A stretch of 64,000 nucleotides of DNA from SAR86 cluster bacterium SAR86B. Lineage in GTDB: Bacteria > Pseudomonadota > Gammaproteobacteria > Magnimaribacterales > Magnimaribacteraceae. A program made the position numbers and the translations under genes. The stretch spans positions 11,362 through 75,361 of the forward strand of contig CAJJAM010000017.1 of NCBI GenBank assembly GCA_905182235.1. Reading direction: 5' to 3'. The notes below the pieces were generated by a model that saw only the letters and a list, made by a program, of their open reading frames with translations, had not been told where the DNA came from and did no database searches. Positions 40,055-49,993 of the stretch are shown in pieces (the first letter of the stretch is position 1; each line of letters opens with the position of its first letter).

Positions 40055-41215
40055 ATGGATTTCACGCTAAATGAACAACAAACAGAACTGCAAAGAGTTG
40101 CAAGAGATTTCGCTCAAAAAGAAATGGTCTCAGTTGCATTGGAAATGGAAGAAAAGAATATTCCTTTACCAAAAGATTGGCTAAAAAAATATGCTGAAAT
40201 GGGTTTTTTGGGTATAAATGTAGGCAAAAAATACGGAGGTCTGGGACTGTCAAATCTAGAAGCTCTTTTAGTTATAGAGGAGTTTGCAAAAATATCTTCT
40301 GCCGTTGCTTTTCCTATATTTGAGAGTTGCGTAGGCCCTGTAAAAGCCATTGAACACTTTGCGAATGAAGACCTTAAGATGAGAGTCATACCTGAGGTGT
40401 GCATGGGCAATATTATTATAGCCGTATCCATGTCGGAGCCTAATGCAGGCTCAGCATTGACAGACCTAACAACAAAAGCTGAAATTCAAGGGAATAAAAT
40501 TGTTATCAACGGAACTAAACGTTGGTGCTCGGGTGGCGGTCATTCAGAAGGATATGTAGTCTATTGCAAAATGTCTGATGCACCAGGAGCAAAAGGAATA
40601 GGTGCAGTTTACGTCGAAAAAGATTCAAAAGGACTCTCGTTTGGGCAACAAGAGAATTTAATGGGGTGGAATGGAGTTCCTTCTGCAGATATTTTCTTAG
40701 ACTCAGTTGAGGTACCAAAAGAAAACATGGTCGTTGATGCAGACGGAGGATTTAAAAAACTCATGGAAGCTTTTGACTTGGAAAGATGCGGCAACGCAAC
40801 TATGTGCCTAGGTCAAGCATCTGGAGCTCTTGAACAAGTCTTACAATATGTTCAAGAAAGAGAACAATTTGGAAAACCAATTGTAGAATTTCAAGCTGTT
40901 CAAATGAAACTTGCTGAGATGGCAATGAAAGTAGAGGCAGCAAGATTGCTAATTCATAGAGCAGCACATAATGCAGAAGAAGGTTTTCCAAGTATATTTG
41001 AGTCTAGCGTTGGAAAATGCTTTTCAAATGAAACTTCCAGAGAGGTTGTTGCCTCAGCAATGCAATTAATGGGTGGTTATGGTTTTAATAAAGAGTACAC
41101 CATGGAGAGAAGATATAGAGATGTTTGGGGCTGGGGAATTGCTGGAGGAACCATTGATATACAAAAAATTAACATTGCCTCCGCGATGGTAGGAAAAAGA
41201 TTTAATCAGAGGTAA
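40055..41215 (+). CDS. Acyl-CoA dehydrogenase
   Basis: 386 aa with all three ACAD domains, AVSMSEPNAGS, and a C-terminal catalytic-base region (YRD...I.GGT..I). Confidence 0.92.
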   Translation: MDFTLNEQQTELQRVARDFAQKEMVSVALEMEEKNIPLPKDWLKKYAEMGFLGINVGKKYGGLGLSNLEALLVIEEFAKISSAVAFPIFESCVGPVKAIEHFANEDLKMRVIPEVCMGNIIIAVSMSEPNAGSALTDLTTKAEIQGNKIVINGTKRWCSGGGHSEGYVVYCKMSDAPGAKGIGAVYVEKDSKGLSFGQQENLMGWNGVPSADIFLDSVEVPKENMVVDADGGFKKLMEAFDLERCGNATMCLGQASGALEQVLQYVQEREQFGKPIVEFQAVQMKLAEMAMKVEAARLLIHRAAHNAEEGFPSIFESSVGKCFSNETSREVVASAMQLMGGYGFNKEYTMERRYRDVWGWGIAGGTIDIQKINIASAMVGKRFNQR

Positions 41216-41738
41216 TTGGATTTTTATTAAAAGAATCAATAATACTTTCTAAACGAATCACAAGTTCCTCTTTTTCATCTTCTGTTAGAAAATCTCCAAC
41301 GGGCACGCGCTCTCCTTTCGAAGTTACAACGATGTGTGCTGGATACCAAGGGTGCGTTGGTCTTTCTACTAAAAGATAAGACCACATCCTAAAATACTCC
41401 CATACCTTTTCAGATTTCCCAATGCCTGTCTCAATTCTTAACTTGTCTTGAGTCATGATAATGACTTCTTGTCTGTAACCTTTGCGTAAAACTAAGTACA
41501 CGCAAACGGTTACAAGTATTACCTCTAAGCCTGCGAAAGGAAGAATTAAGGTGGCTCCTAAAAAAGCAAAAGCGATGCCTATGCTTAAACAGGTTATCGC
41601 TATAAAGCCTATAAAAAATAAACTTAAACTCCAGCTTGTTGATTGATTAGGTCTTAATAATATACGATGCGTATTGGTTTCTTTATTACTTTCTATTTTG
41701 ACCATGGATGAAGGTTTACTATAGTACCTCTCCTTCAA
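41202..41738 (-). CDS. DUF2244 domain-containing membrane protein
   Basis: 178 aa. LRPNQSTSW followed by two TM helices with LPFAGLEV matches my recollection of DUF2244. An alternative start at M12 (41705) is possible. Confidence 0.55.
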   Translation of the reverse strand: MKERYYSKPSSMVKIESNKETNTHRILLRPNQSTSWSLSLFFIGFIAITCLSIGIAFAFLGATLILPFAGLEVILVTVCVYLVLRKGYRQEVIIMTQDKLRIETGIGKSEKVWEYFRMWSYLLVERPTHPWYPAHIVVTSKGERVPVGDFLTEDEKEELVIRLESIIDSFNKNPITSD

Positions 41739-41752
41739 GGACGTTACACCTT

Positions 41753-42958
41753 ATGAATAATGATGTAGATAAAAATAAACAACTTAGAGATTTGTACGAT
41801 GAGGTCATGCTGCCTAATTATGCACCTGCTAGTTTTATACCTGTTGAAGCAAGCGGATCTAGCGTATGGGACAAGAACAATAAGAAATATATAGACTTAG
41901 GTGGAGGCATTGCTGTCACAAGCCTTGGTCACTCAAATCCAGAGCTTATATCAGCACTAAACGATCAATCCAAAAAACTTTGGCATTTAAGTAACTATAT
42001 TGCCAATGAACCTGCCATTAATCTAGCTAAGCAGTTGATCGATCTAACATTTGCAGACAAGGTTTATTTTAGCAACTCTGGATCAGAAGCTAATGAAGCG
42101 GCTATAAAAATGGCTAGACGTTACCATCACGAGAGCGGAAGTGAGAGAAATGAAATAATAGCATTCAATAATTCTTTCCACGGAAGGTCATTGCTGAATA
42201 TCTCCTTAGGAGCTTCGGATAACCACAGAAAAGGTTTCGGACCGCTTCCAGGCGGAATACTCCATGCAAATTACAATGATTTAAGTTCCGTTGAAGAGCT
42301 TATAAGCAATAAAACCGCTGCGATTATCATTGAACCAGTTCAAGGCGAAGCAGGAGTGGTAGCAGCCGAACATGAATTTATGCTCGGGATTAGGGATTTG
42401 TGCACTCAAAATGGAATTATTCTCATTATGGATGAAGTGCAAAGTGGCGTAGGAAGGATGGGCCATACATTTGGATACATGGCTTTTGATATTGAACCAG
42501 ATATCTTAACTTCAGCTAAAGGTTTGGGTGGAGGAATTCCCATAGGCGCAACATTAGCCAAAGACAAAATTGCATCTGCAATGAATGTTGGTTCCCATGG
42601 TTCAACTTTTGGAGGAAATCCCATGGCCTGTGCTGTAGCTAGTAAGGTTCTGGATATTATCTCAGAGCCGTCTTTTTTGGATAAAGTTAAAGAGAAAGAA
42701 ACTCTTTTAGTCGACCATCTAGAAAATATTTCGAGAAAACACCAGGCTTTTAGTGCCATTAGATCTTCCGGGCTTTGGGTGGGTTGCGAACTCCGCAATC
42801 ACGGAGAAGTGAATAAACTACTAGATAGATGTTATGAGTCTGGATTAATAGCCGTCTCTGCCGGGCCATCAACGCTTAGATTTGCACCCGCATTAAATAT
42901 AAGTGAAGATGAAATATTGGAAGGCATTAAACGACTTGAAAAAGCTCTTTCTATTTAA
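41753..42958 (+). CDS. argD: Acetylornithine / succinylornithine aminotransferase (class III)
   Basis: The start is trimmed to MNNDVDKNK. It has SGSEANEAAIKMAR, DEVQSGVGRMG and the PLP Lys context (TSAKGLGGG). Confidence 0.9.
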   Translation: MNNDVDKNKQLRDLYDEVMLPNYAPASFIPVEASGSSVWDKNNKKYIDLGGGIAVTSLGHSNPELISALNDQSKKLWHLSNYIANEPAINLAKQLIDLTFADKVYFSNSGSEANEAAIKMARRYHHESGSERNEIIAFNNSFHGRSLLNISLGASDNHRKGFGPLPGGILHANYNDLSSVEELISNKTAAIIIEPVQGEAGVVAAEHEFMLGIRDLCTQNGIILIMDEVQSGVGRMGHTFGYMAFDIEPDILTSAKGLGGGIPIGATLAKDKIASAMNVGSHGSTFGGNPMACAVASKVLDIISEPSFLDKVKEKETLLVDHLENISRKHQAFSAIRSSGLWVGCELRNHGEVNKLLDRCYESGLIAVSAGPSTLRFAPALNISEDEILEGIKRLEKALSI

Positions 42959-42973
42959 ATAGAATTACTAATT

Positions 42974-43942
42974 ATGAAATACAGAAAACTAGGAAAATCA
43001 GGACTCAAAGTCTCAGAATTATCATTTGGATCTTGGGTTACTTTTAATAAACAAGTTGACTCAGGTCTAGCAGAAAGAATGTTTGGAACCTGCTTTGATG
43101 CAGGGGTTAATTTTTTTGATAATGCCGAAGGGTATGAGGCGGGCGAATCTGAAATTGTTATGGGTAAAGCATTAAGTGCGTTGAACAGACCCAGAGACAG
43201 CTATTGTGTTTCTTCTAAAGTCTTTTTTGGTTCTAATAAGAAACCTAGTCCTACGCAAATTGGGTTAAGCAAGAAGCATGTTACCGAAGCTTGTCATCAA
43301 GCGCTTAAAAGACTGCAAGTGGACTATTTAGATTTATATTTCTGCCATAGAGCAGACCCTGACACTCCAATTGGTGAGACCGTATGGGCAATGCACAACC
43401 TGATTACTCAAGGTAAAATTCTTTATTGGGGAACGTCTGAATGGACAGCTGAAGAAATAACCGAGGCCTATGAGTTTGCTGAAAAAAACCACTTAAGTCC
43501 ACCCACCATGGAACAACCTCAATACAATCTGTTAGACAGAAAAAGGTTTGAAATTGAATACAAGCCTATATTTGAAAAATACGGAATGGGAACCACCACT
43601 TGGTCACCTCTTGCTTCTGGTGCTCTCACAGGGAAATACTTAGAAGGAATACCGGAAGGTTCAAGAGCATCTTTAGAAGGTTACGAATGGCTAAAAAATT
43701 CAATGGTTGAATCCGAACGGGGTCAAGAAAGAATGACAAAGGTTGCTGCTTTGGCTCCTATTGCAGAAGAAATGGGAGTAAAACTTTCAAACCTAGCAAT
43801 AGCTTGGTGTTTATTAAATGAAAATGTTTCAACTGTGATACTTGGAGCATCAAAGGTTGAACAACTTGAAGAAAATTTAAAATCTCTAGAAGTACTCCCT
43901 CTCATAAATCAGGAAGTTATAAATAAACTCTCTTCTATTTAA
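42974..43942 (+). CDS. Aldo/keto reductase (Kv-beta-like subfamily)
   Basis: 322 aa with MKYRKLGKSGLKVSELSFGSW, the catalytic Y/K/H contexts, and GTSEW. Confidence 0.9.
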   Translation: MKYRKLGKSGLKVSELSFGSWVTFNKQVDSGLAERMFGTCFDAGVNFFDNAEGYEAGESEIVMGKALSALNRPRDSYCVSSKVFFGSNKKPSPTQIGLSKKHVTEACHQALKRLQVDYLDLYFCHRADPDTPIGETVWAMHNLITQGKILYWGTSEWTAEEITEAYEFAEKNHLSPPTMEQPQYNLLDRKRFEIEYKPIFEKYGMGTTTWSPLASGALTGKYLEGIPEGSRASLEGYEWLKNSMVESERGQERMTKVAALAPIAEEMGVKLSNLAIAWCLLNENVSTVILGASKVEQLEENLKSLEVLPLINQEVINKLSSI

Positions 43943-44399
43943 TTTTTAGCCTCAATTCGAAACCTACATCGCCGGCTTGAGCGTGCTCTTCTTTCATTGT
44001 ATTTAGTTTACTTAAAAGCCAGTCAGGCATCTTTGAGGACTTTCTTGTAGCCATGTCAACATGCACCTCTACTGTTTCATAGGTGGCAGCGACTGCGCCC
44101 TCTTCCGTTAATAAAATTCCACCATAATGAATTAATTTAGGGCTTACATTTATTATCCTGTAATGCGGATAACACTCTTCGCCTTCTTTAATTTCTTTTA
44201 AGTAACTTAAGTTTGTTTCTAATGTAAATGATGAAAACCCTTTTACAAAATAATCATGGGAAAAACCCATATCGTGATATAAATTCGTATATTCTGAAAA
44301 AATATGATAATAATGAACAACGTTCATGTGACCGTTCATGTCGCACATTTCTTTTGTAACTACTGCTGGTTTTCCTGGGTAAGGGAATTTATCTTTCAC
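43935..44399 (-). CDS. 4HBT-like acyl-CoA thioesterase (hotdog fold)
   Basis: 154 aa with a GTG start sharing one nucleotide with the upstream stop (TAGTG). The E.CDMNGHMNVVHYY motif is typical of 4HBT-type thioesterases. Confidence 0.7.
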   Translation of the reverse strand: MKDKFPYPGKPAVVTKEMCDMNGHMNVVHYYHIFSEYTNLYHDMGFSHDYFVKGFSSFTLETNLSYLKEIKEGEECYPHYRIINVSPKLIHYGGILLTEEGAVAATYETVEVHVDMATRKSSKMPDWLLSKLNTMKEEHAQAGDVGFELRLKIK

Positions 44400-45439
44400 T
44401 ACCTTTCCTTGTTGATGATTAACTCTGCTCCGTTTCCTTCTGATTCGTATAGACCAATACCACTCAACTCAGGAAGAGCTGGTATTAATTGAATGCCCAT
44501 CCATTCTACCAAATCCACTATTGAGGGATTGGATAAATTTTCTAGTTCATTGAGATTTTGATGATCCATTTGTAGAAAAATGGGTTTAAAAATTTCTTTA
44601 ACATCACCGAAGTCCATCAACCAGCCTAAAACCTTATCCAAAGGTGACTCGACGTATAGCCTGGATGTGTAACCAAAGCCGTAGATTTCTCCATCAGATT
44701 CGTAAGAAATTGCTGACTCTAATTTTTGATCTCTCCAGATCTTATAATTTTTTCCATCGAAAGAGCAGCCAGCATGATCTGTTTCCATTACTTCTACTTT
44801 AGAAATAAAATTATGTGATGCTTTAATTTTTGAATAAACCCACGAAGCAATTAATTCACTCGTGGGGTTTTCAAGCCCAACTATATTGTTCAAACATTTT
44901 TTATTTAACTCTAAGTAGAGTGAATTACTTAACAGATTCAAATCTAGTAAATTTTTATGACTTCCATCAGATGATTCTGCATAAAGAATTACTTCGAAGG
45001 TATGACCGTGCATGTTCCCACACTTATGTCCTTTTGGAACATTAGGTAATTTATGTGATGCTTGGAAAGAGAATTTTTTCCAAACATAAGAGTTCTTTGG
45101 GCCTTCGCAGCTTGCTCCTTGGGACGAGCTACTTGAAATATGAGAGCTGATTAAGTTCGCAGTTCCATATGTTTGAAACAATTCATTAGCTAAATTAAGA
45201 TCTGAAGGATTCTGAATCCGTTCATTTAAAAAACTGAAGTCCATTGGATTAATAACGTTAGATAAATCTTCTTTTATATCAGCCAGTGACAAGCTTGAGC
45301 CATCTTCTAATTCAAGCCTTACTCCACCTTTAAAAGTGTGACCATGAAGATTATTGGAAGGATGATCTTCAGGTAATATTTTTAACTGCCTAGCAGCATT
45401 AAATTCTTTTTGACCATATAGAAAGAGCTTATTCTTCAC
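44399..45439 (-). CDS. Triple-repeat 6-carboxytetrahydropterin synthase / PTPS (T-fold) family protein
   Basis: 346 aa.
- Repeat 2 (~118-228) is very close to E. coli QueD (SHKLPNVPKGHKCGNMHGHTF ... GLENPTSELIASW ... METDHAGC).
- Repeat 1 (~8-112) keeps HGHTF but has Ser in place of the catalytic Cys.
- Repeat 3 (~232-342) lacks HGH but keeps GWLMDFGDVK and MDHQNLN. Confidence 0.75.
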   Translation of the reverse strand: MKNKLFLYGQKEFNAARQLKILPEDHPSNNLHGHTFKGGVRLELEDGSSLSLADIKEDLSNVINPMDFSFLNERIQNPSDLNLANELFQTYGTANLISSHISSSSSQGASCEGPKNSYVWKKFSFQASHKLPNVPKGHKCGNMHGHTFEVILYAESSDGSHKNLLDLNLLSNSLYLELNKKCLNNIVGLENPTSELIASWVYSKIKASHNFISKVEVMETDHAGCSFDGKNYKIWRDQKLESAISYESDGEIYGFGYTSRLYVESPLDKVLGWLMDFGDVKEIFKPIFLQMDHQNLNELENLSNPSIVDLVEWMGIQLIPALPELSGIGLYESEGNGAELIINKER

Positions 45440-45455
45440 GTCTGATTAAGAATTT

Positions 45456-47711
45456 TTATTCTTCTGAATCTTCAATAACATTCTTTGAAGTTACTTCTAT
45501 TTCATCTAAGTTCCTATACCCAGGAGGAAGTGAAAGGCCTCTTTTTCCTCTTGAGCTTAAGAAATTCTCTAAGTCTTTCGTTTTAGGAGAATAATGAGTT
45601 TTACCGTTTATTAACTTAATACTAGATCCTTCTTCAATCACTGCTATAAATTTCAGAAACTCCTCACCTGATTCAAACTTTGCTTTTGGTATCCCTATAA
45701 TCTTATTGCCCTTTCCTCTAGATAATTCAGGCAGTTCTGAGATTGGAAAAACTAAAAGTTTACCTATATTGGTAATTGCAGCTATCTTGGCATCGACAGA
45801 GGCAATGAGTTGAGGAGGCAGAACTTTTGCTCCTTCTGGAACTCTTAGCGCTGCTTTTCCTGACTTGTTCTTAGTTTGCAAGTCGCCCAATCTTGCTACA
45901 AAACCGTAACCTGCATTGGTAGCTAAAACTACTTTAGAATCTATAGAACCTGAGACTACACCTGCAAACGTCTCTCCTGATTCGGCATTTAATTTACCCG
46001 TTAGTGGCTCACCCTGACCTCTGGCTGAAGGCAGCGAATGACATGGCAATGTATAGGCCTTTCCTTTTGAATCAAGAAAGACGGCATTCTGATTATTTCT
46101 TCCTTTTGCTGAAGCAAAGAACTCGTCACCTTCTCTGTAATTAAGTTTTTCTGCTTCAACATCATGACCTTTAGCAGCCCTCACCCACCCGCGCTTAGAC
46201 AATATTACTGTTACTGGATCAGAGGAAATCAGCTCTGTTTCATCAAATGCACTCGCATCATCTCTAGAAACTATAGGGCTCTTACGATCATCTCCATAGA
46301 TATCAATATCAGCTTTCAATTCATTTTTTATTAGAGTTTTGAGTCTTGCTTTAGAGCTCAATGTTGTCTCTAAATCTTTTCTTTCAGAGTCTAATTTACC
46401 TTGTTCTTCTTGAATTTTTATTTCTTCCAATTTTGCAAGTTGACGAAGACGTATTTCCAATATGGCTTCAACTTGAATTGTGCTTAGCTTAAATTTCTTT
46501 TGAAGGACCTTTTTGGGCTCATCTTCATTCCTAATAATATGAATAACTTCATCAATATTTAAATAAATCGCCATGAGGCCTTCCAATATATGGAGTCGAT
46601 CTAAAACCCAATCCAAGCGATATTGCAGACGTCTCTTTACTGTTTCAGTTCTAAAGTTTAACCATTCCTTTAAAACAGATTTTATGTCTCGAACTTGAGG
46701 CTTGCCATTCAAACCAATAATGTTCATGTTGACTCTGTAATTTTTTTGCAAATCAGTTGTTGCAAATAAATGGTTCATCACTGCATCTTTATCAATACGA
46801 TTTGATTTAGGAACCAACACCAATCGAGTTGGATTTTCTTCATCACTTTCATCCCTTAAGTCCACGATCATAGGGAGCTTCTTGGCATCCATTTGAGCGG
46901 CCACCTGCTCCAGAATTTTTGAACTTGGAGTTTGATGAGGCAGCGCCAATATAATAATTTCACCATCTTCTACTGTGTAGGTCGCTCTCATTCTGATCGA
47001 GCCCTTTCCGGTTTGATAAATATTCTTAAGATCCTCAACAGGAGTTATTATTTCTGCTTCAGTAGGATAATCAGGACCAGGTATAATTTTATACAGGTCT
47101 TCTAAAGTGGTTTTTGGTTCATCTAAAAGCTTAATGCATGCTGTTACCACTTCTTTTAAATTGTGAGAGGGAATATCAGTAGCCATTCCCACTGCAATGC
47201 CCGATGCGCCATTTAGTAAAAGGTTTGGCAGTCTAGCGGGAAGAAGTAAAGGCTCTAAGAGAGTCCCATCAAAGTTGCTGCCCCAATCTACAGTCCCTTG
47301 TCCTAGTTCTTGAAGTAAATTTTTTGCATAAGCTGAAAGCCTACATTCCGTATAACGCATCGCAGCAAACGACTTAGGGTCGTCAACGGAGCCCCAATTA
47401 CCTTGACCTTCAATCAGAGGGTATCGCGTTGTAAAAGACTGTGAAAGAAGAACCATAGCTTCATAAGCAGCAGTGTCTCCGTGAGGATGAAACTTTCCAA
47501 TCACGTCACCGACTGTCCTTGCACTTTTCTTAAATTTTGCAGAAGAACTTAAGCCTAGCTCAGACATTGCATAAATTATTCTTCTTTGCACGGGCTTTAA
47601 TCCATCTCCTATGTGAGGTAGAGCCCTGTCTAAAATCACATACATGGAATAATCCAGATATGCTTTTTCTGTGAATTGACTTAAAGGTTGTTGTTCTGTT
47701 TTTTCAGACAT
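45456..47711 (-). CDS. parC: DNA topoisomerase IV subunit A
   Basis: 751 aa with [10 protein letters not shown] and the active-site AAMRYTE motif. It is paired with a 628-aa ParE-sized B subunit and overlaps it by 8 nt. Confidence 0.93.
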   Translation of the reverse strand: MSEKTEQQPLSQFTEKAYLDYSMYVILDRALPHIGDGLKPVQRRIIYAMSELGLSSSAKFKKSARTVGDVIGKFHPHGDTAAYEAMVLLSQSFTTRYPLIEGQGNWGSVDDPKSFAAMRYTECRLSAYAKNLLQELGQGTVDWGSNFDGTLLEPLLLPARLPNLLLNGASGIAVGMATDIPSHNLKEVVTACIKLLDEPKTTLEDLYKIIPGPDYPTEAEIITPVEDLKNIYQTGKGSIRMRATYTVEDGEIIILALPHQTPSSKILEQVAAQMDAKKLPMIVDLRDESDEENPTRLVLVPKSNRIDKDAVMNHLFATTDLQKNYRVNMNIIGLNGKPQVRDIKSVLKEWLNFRTETVKRRLQYRLDWVLDRLHILEGLMAIYLNIDEVIHIIRNEDEPKKVLQKKFKLSTIQVEAILEIRLRQLAKLEEIKIQEEQGKLDSERKDLETTLSSKARLKTLIKNELKADIDIYGDDRKSPIVSRDDASAFDETELISSDPVTVILSKRGWVRAAKGHDVEAEKLNYREGDEFFASAKGRNNQNAVFLDSKGKAYTLPCHSLPSARGQGEPLTGKLNAESGETFAGVVSGSIDSKVVLATNAGYGFVARLGDLQTKNKSGKAALRVPEGAKVLPPQLIASVDAKIAAITNIGKLLVFPISELPELSRGKGNKIIGIPKAKFESGEEFLKFIAVIEEGSSIKLINGKTHYSPKTKDLENFLSSRGKRGLSLPPGYRNLDEIEVTSKNVIEDSEE

Positions 47712-49590
47712 CAGCTAAATTTCCTTTATCTTCCAGCCACTCTTTCCTGTCAGGTGCTCCTTTCTTAGAAAGCAACATGTCCATGACTTGCATAGATTTA
47801 TCTCCGTTTTTGATTGTCAGTTGCACCAACCGTCTTGCACCTGGAAGCATAGTTGTTTCTCTTAATTGAGAGGCATTCATCTCTCCAAGACCTTTAAATC
47901 TTTGTATTTCAATTTTTGATTTCTTATTAGAAGATTGAAGACGCTCTACCAACTTATCTTTTTCTGCTTCATCCAATGCGTAATGCACCTCTTTGCCTTG
48001 ATCCACTCTAAAAAGAGGAGGCATCGAAACATATATTCTCCCTGACTCGACCAAAGGACGAAAATGTCGGAGAAATAAAGCACACAGCAAGGTTGCTATG
48101 TGCAAACCGTCTGGATCAGCATCCGCCAGGATGCAAACTTTTCCATACCTTAAACCTTCTAAATTATTACTACCGGGTTCCACGCCCAGAGCTACTGCAA
48201 TATTATTTACTTCTTGAGAAGCCAAAATATCACCCACATCAACTTCCCAGGTATTTAAGATCTTCCCACCTAAAGGTAAAATAGCCTGAAAGATCCTATT
48301 TCTGGCCTGTTTAGCAGATCCACCCGCCGAATCTCCTTCTACCAGAAATAATTCTCCTCTCTCAGCGTCATCAGTTGTGCAATCAGTTAACTTACCTGGC
48401 AGAGCCGGTCCTGCAGTGGCTTTTTTTCTAATTACTTTCTTATTACTTTTTTGTCTTAACTGTGCATTTTCAATACAAATCAGAGCGATCTCTTCTCCCT
48501 CTGCTGTGTGCTGATTCAACCAGAGACTGAAGGCATCTTTAATAATGGCAGAAACTACGCCACTAAAATCTTTTGACGACAATCTCTCTTTTGTCTGGCC
48601 TGTAAATTGAGGGTCTACAACTTTGGCTGATAAGATAGAACTGCAGTTTAACCAAATGTCATCTGCGGTTAATTTGACTCCTCTTGGAATGAGATTTCTA
48701 AATTCACAAAACTCTTTTAGAGCATCTGTAAGACCCGACCTAAAGCCATTTACGTGTGTTCCACCTTGAGTTGTAGGTATTAAATTTACATAACTTTCAG
48801 AAATAGGATCTGAAATACCTTGAACCCATTGCAATGCCCAAGTTAGACCACCCTCTTCGGTCATCTGATCGCCTTCAAATGGCTCCAAAGGAATTAATTC
48901 TGCTCCAGCATTGTTAGCAACTAAGTAGGCTGCTAAGCCATCCATAAAACACCATGTTTCCGATGCTCCCGTTGCATGATCTTTGAAAGAAATAGTGAGA
49001 CCGGGGCACAAAACTGCTTTAGCTTTCAGAGCAGATGTAAGCTGACTTATTGATACTTTGGCTGAGTCAAAATACTGAGGGTCAGGAGAGAATGATATTT
49101 TTGTACCCGTATTCTTCTTCCCCACAGAATCAATCTCTTCTAGGTCTGAAGTCTTTTCTCCATTTTCAAATCCTATTAAGTATTTTGAACCCCCTCTCTT
49201 GATCTCAGCTGATAGAGTTTTAGATAGCGCATTTACCACCGAAACACCAACTCCATGCAAACCTCCTGAAAATTTGTAATCTTCATTAGAAAATTTAGCC
49301 CCTGCATGTAATCTTGTGAGTATAAGCTCAACTCCTGGAACGCCCTCTTCAGGGTGGATATCAATTGGCATGCCCCTCCCATCATCTGAAACGCTAATTG
49401 ATCCATCCTTAAAATGTTCTACATCAATTCTTGAAGCGTGGCCTGCCAGTGCTTCATCAATACTGTTATCAATAACTTCTAAGGCCAAGTGATTGGGCCT
49501 AGAGGTTTCAGTGTACATCCCCGGACGTTTACGTACCGGATCAAGCCCTGATAAGACTTCTATGGATTCTGCGTTATATTCTCTAGACAT
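47704..49590 (-). CDS. parE: DNA topoisomerase IV subunit B
   Basis: 628 aa with a GHKL ATPase N-terminus ([10 protein letters not shown]), Toprim (EGDSAGG) and PL.GK.LN. Its length fits ParE rather than GyrB. Confidence 0.93.
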   Translation of the reverse strand: MSREYNAESIEVLSGLDPVRKRPGMYTETSRPNHLALEVIDNSIDEALAGHASRIDVEHFKDGSISVSDDGRGMPIDIHPEEGVPGVELILTRLHAGAKFSNEDYKFSGGLHGVGVSVVNALSKTLSAEIKRGGSKYLIGFENGEKTSDLEEIDSVGKKNTGTKISFSPDPQYFDSAKVSISQLTSALKAKAVLCPGLTISFKDHATGASETWCFMDGLAAYLVANNAGAELIPLEPFEGDQMTEEGGLTWALQWVQGISDPISESYVNLIPTTQGGTHVNGFRSGLTDALKEFCEFRNLIPRGVKLTADDIWLNCSSILSAKVVDPQFTGQTKERLSSKDFSGVVSAIIKDAFSLWLNQHTAEGEEIALICIENAQLRQKSNKKVIRKKATAGPALPGKLTDCTTDDAERGELFLVEGDSAGGSAKQARNRIFQAILPLGGKILNTWEVDVGDILASQEVNNIAVALGVEPGSNNLEGLRYGKVCILADADPDGLHIATLLCALFLRHFRPLVESGRIYVSMPPLFRVDQGKEVHYALDEAEKDKLVERLQSSNKKSKIEIQRFKGLGEMNASQLRETTMLPGARRLVQLTIKNGDKSMQVMDMLLSKKGAPDRKEWLEDKGNLADV

Positions 49591-49802
49591 TGAGGTTTTG
49601 GCTTATTATACATTCAGAATTTTAAGATTCTTATATAGAAATTAACTTTGTTTAAATTAATCAAAAATATTTTTATTTATTCAGTGAGATGAGAGGACGG
49701 CTTTGCTATAACAAATCTACAAATTGATTAAAACAAAAGAAAATTGAGAATTGGATCTCTAAAAAGGTCTATTTAACAAGGGATTTATAATATATTCATA
49801 AT

Positions 49803-49828
49803 ATTTATATCTATACATAGATATAAAT
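49803..49828. repeat. 12-2-12 perfect inverted repeat ATTTATATCTAT-ac-ATAGATATAAAT
   Basis: Read directly from the sequence. It lies in the 403-bp AT-rich spacer, 40 nt upstream of a 39-codon ORF. It looks like an operator, but its function is unknown. Confidence 0.9.
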
Positions 49829-49867
49829 GATACTATGTATGTACATTAAATATATTAGATTTTAGAA

Positions 49868-49987
49868 ATGAAAAAATTAGAAAAAAAAGCTACTGCTTAC
49901 ATTAAAGTTATATTACCAGCCATTTACCTGGCACCCATGGCGTTCACATCTTGGAGTTTTATTTCCTTCGTTCAATGGTCTAGTTAG
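49868..49987 (+). CDS. Candidate small hydrophobic protein (39 aa: MKKLEKKATAYIKVILPAIYLAPMAFTSWSFISFVQWSS)
   Basis: An ATG-to-TAG ORF below the ORF-track cutoff, with a Lys-rich N-terminus followed by one TM-like segment. It has no clear Shine-Dalgarno sequence and may be non-coding. Confidence 0.2.
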   Translation: MKKLEKKATAYIKVILPAIYLAPMAFTSWSFISFVQWSS

Positions 49988-49993
49988 AAAGAA

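Noticed and set aside
38868-40991. Multiple 60-105-aa minus-strand ORFs lie within the CoA-transferase and acyl-CoA dehydrogenase genes.
   Set aside because: All are antisense shadows of well-supported plus-strand genes. None has a recognisable domain.
42406-42798. A 130-aa minus-strand ORF lies inside argD.
   Set aside because: It is antisense to the PLP-binding core of a complete class III aminotransferase.
45456-49590. The pair could be gyrB/gyrA rather than parE/parC.
   Set aside because: The B subunit is 628 aa, ParE-sized and lacking the ~170-aa GyrB insertion. The A subunit is 751 aa, shorter than the typical ~850-900-aa gammaproteobacterial GyrA. Both point to topoisomerase IV.
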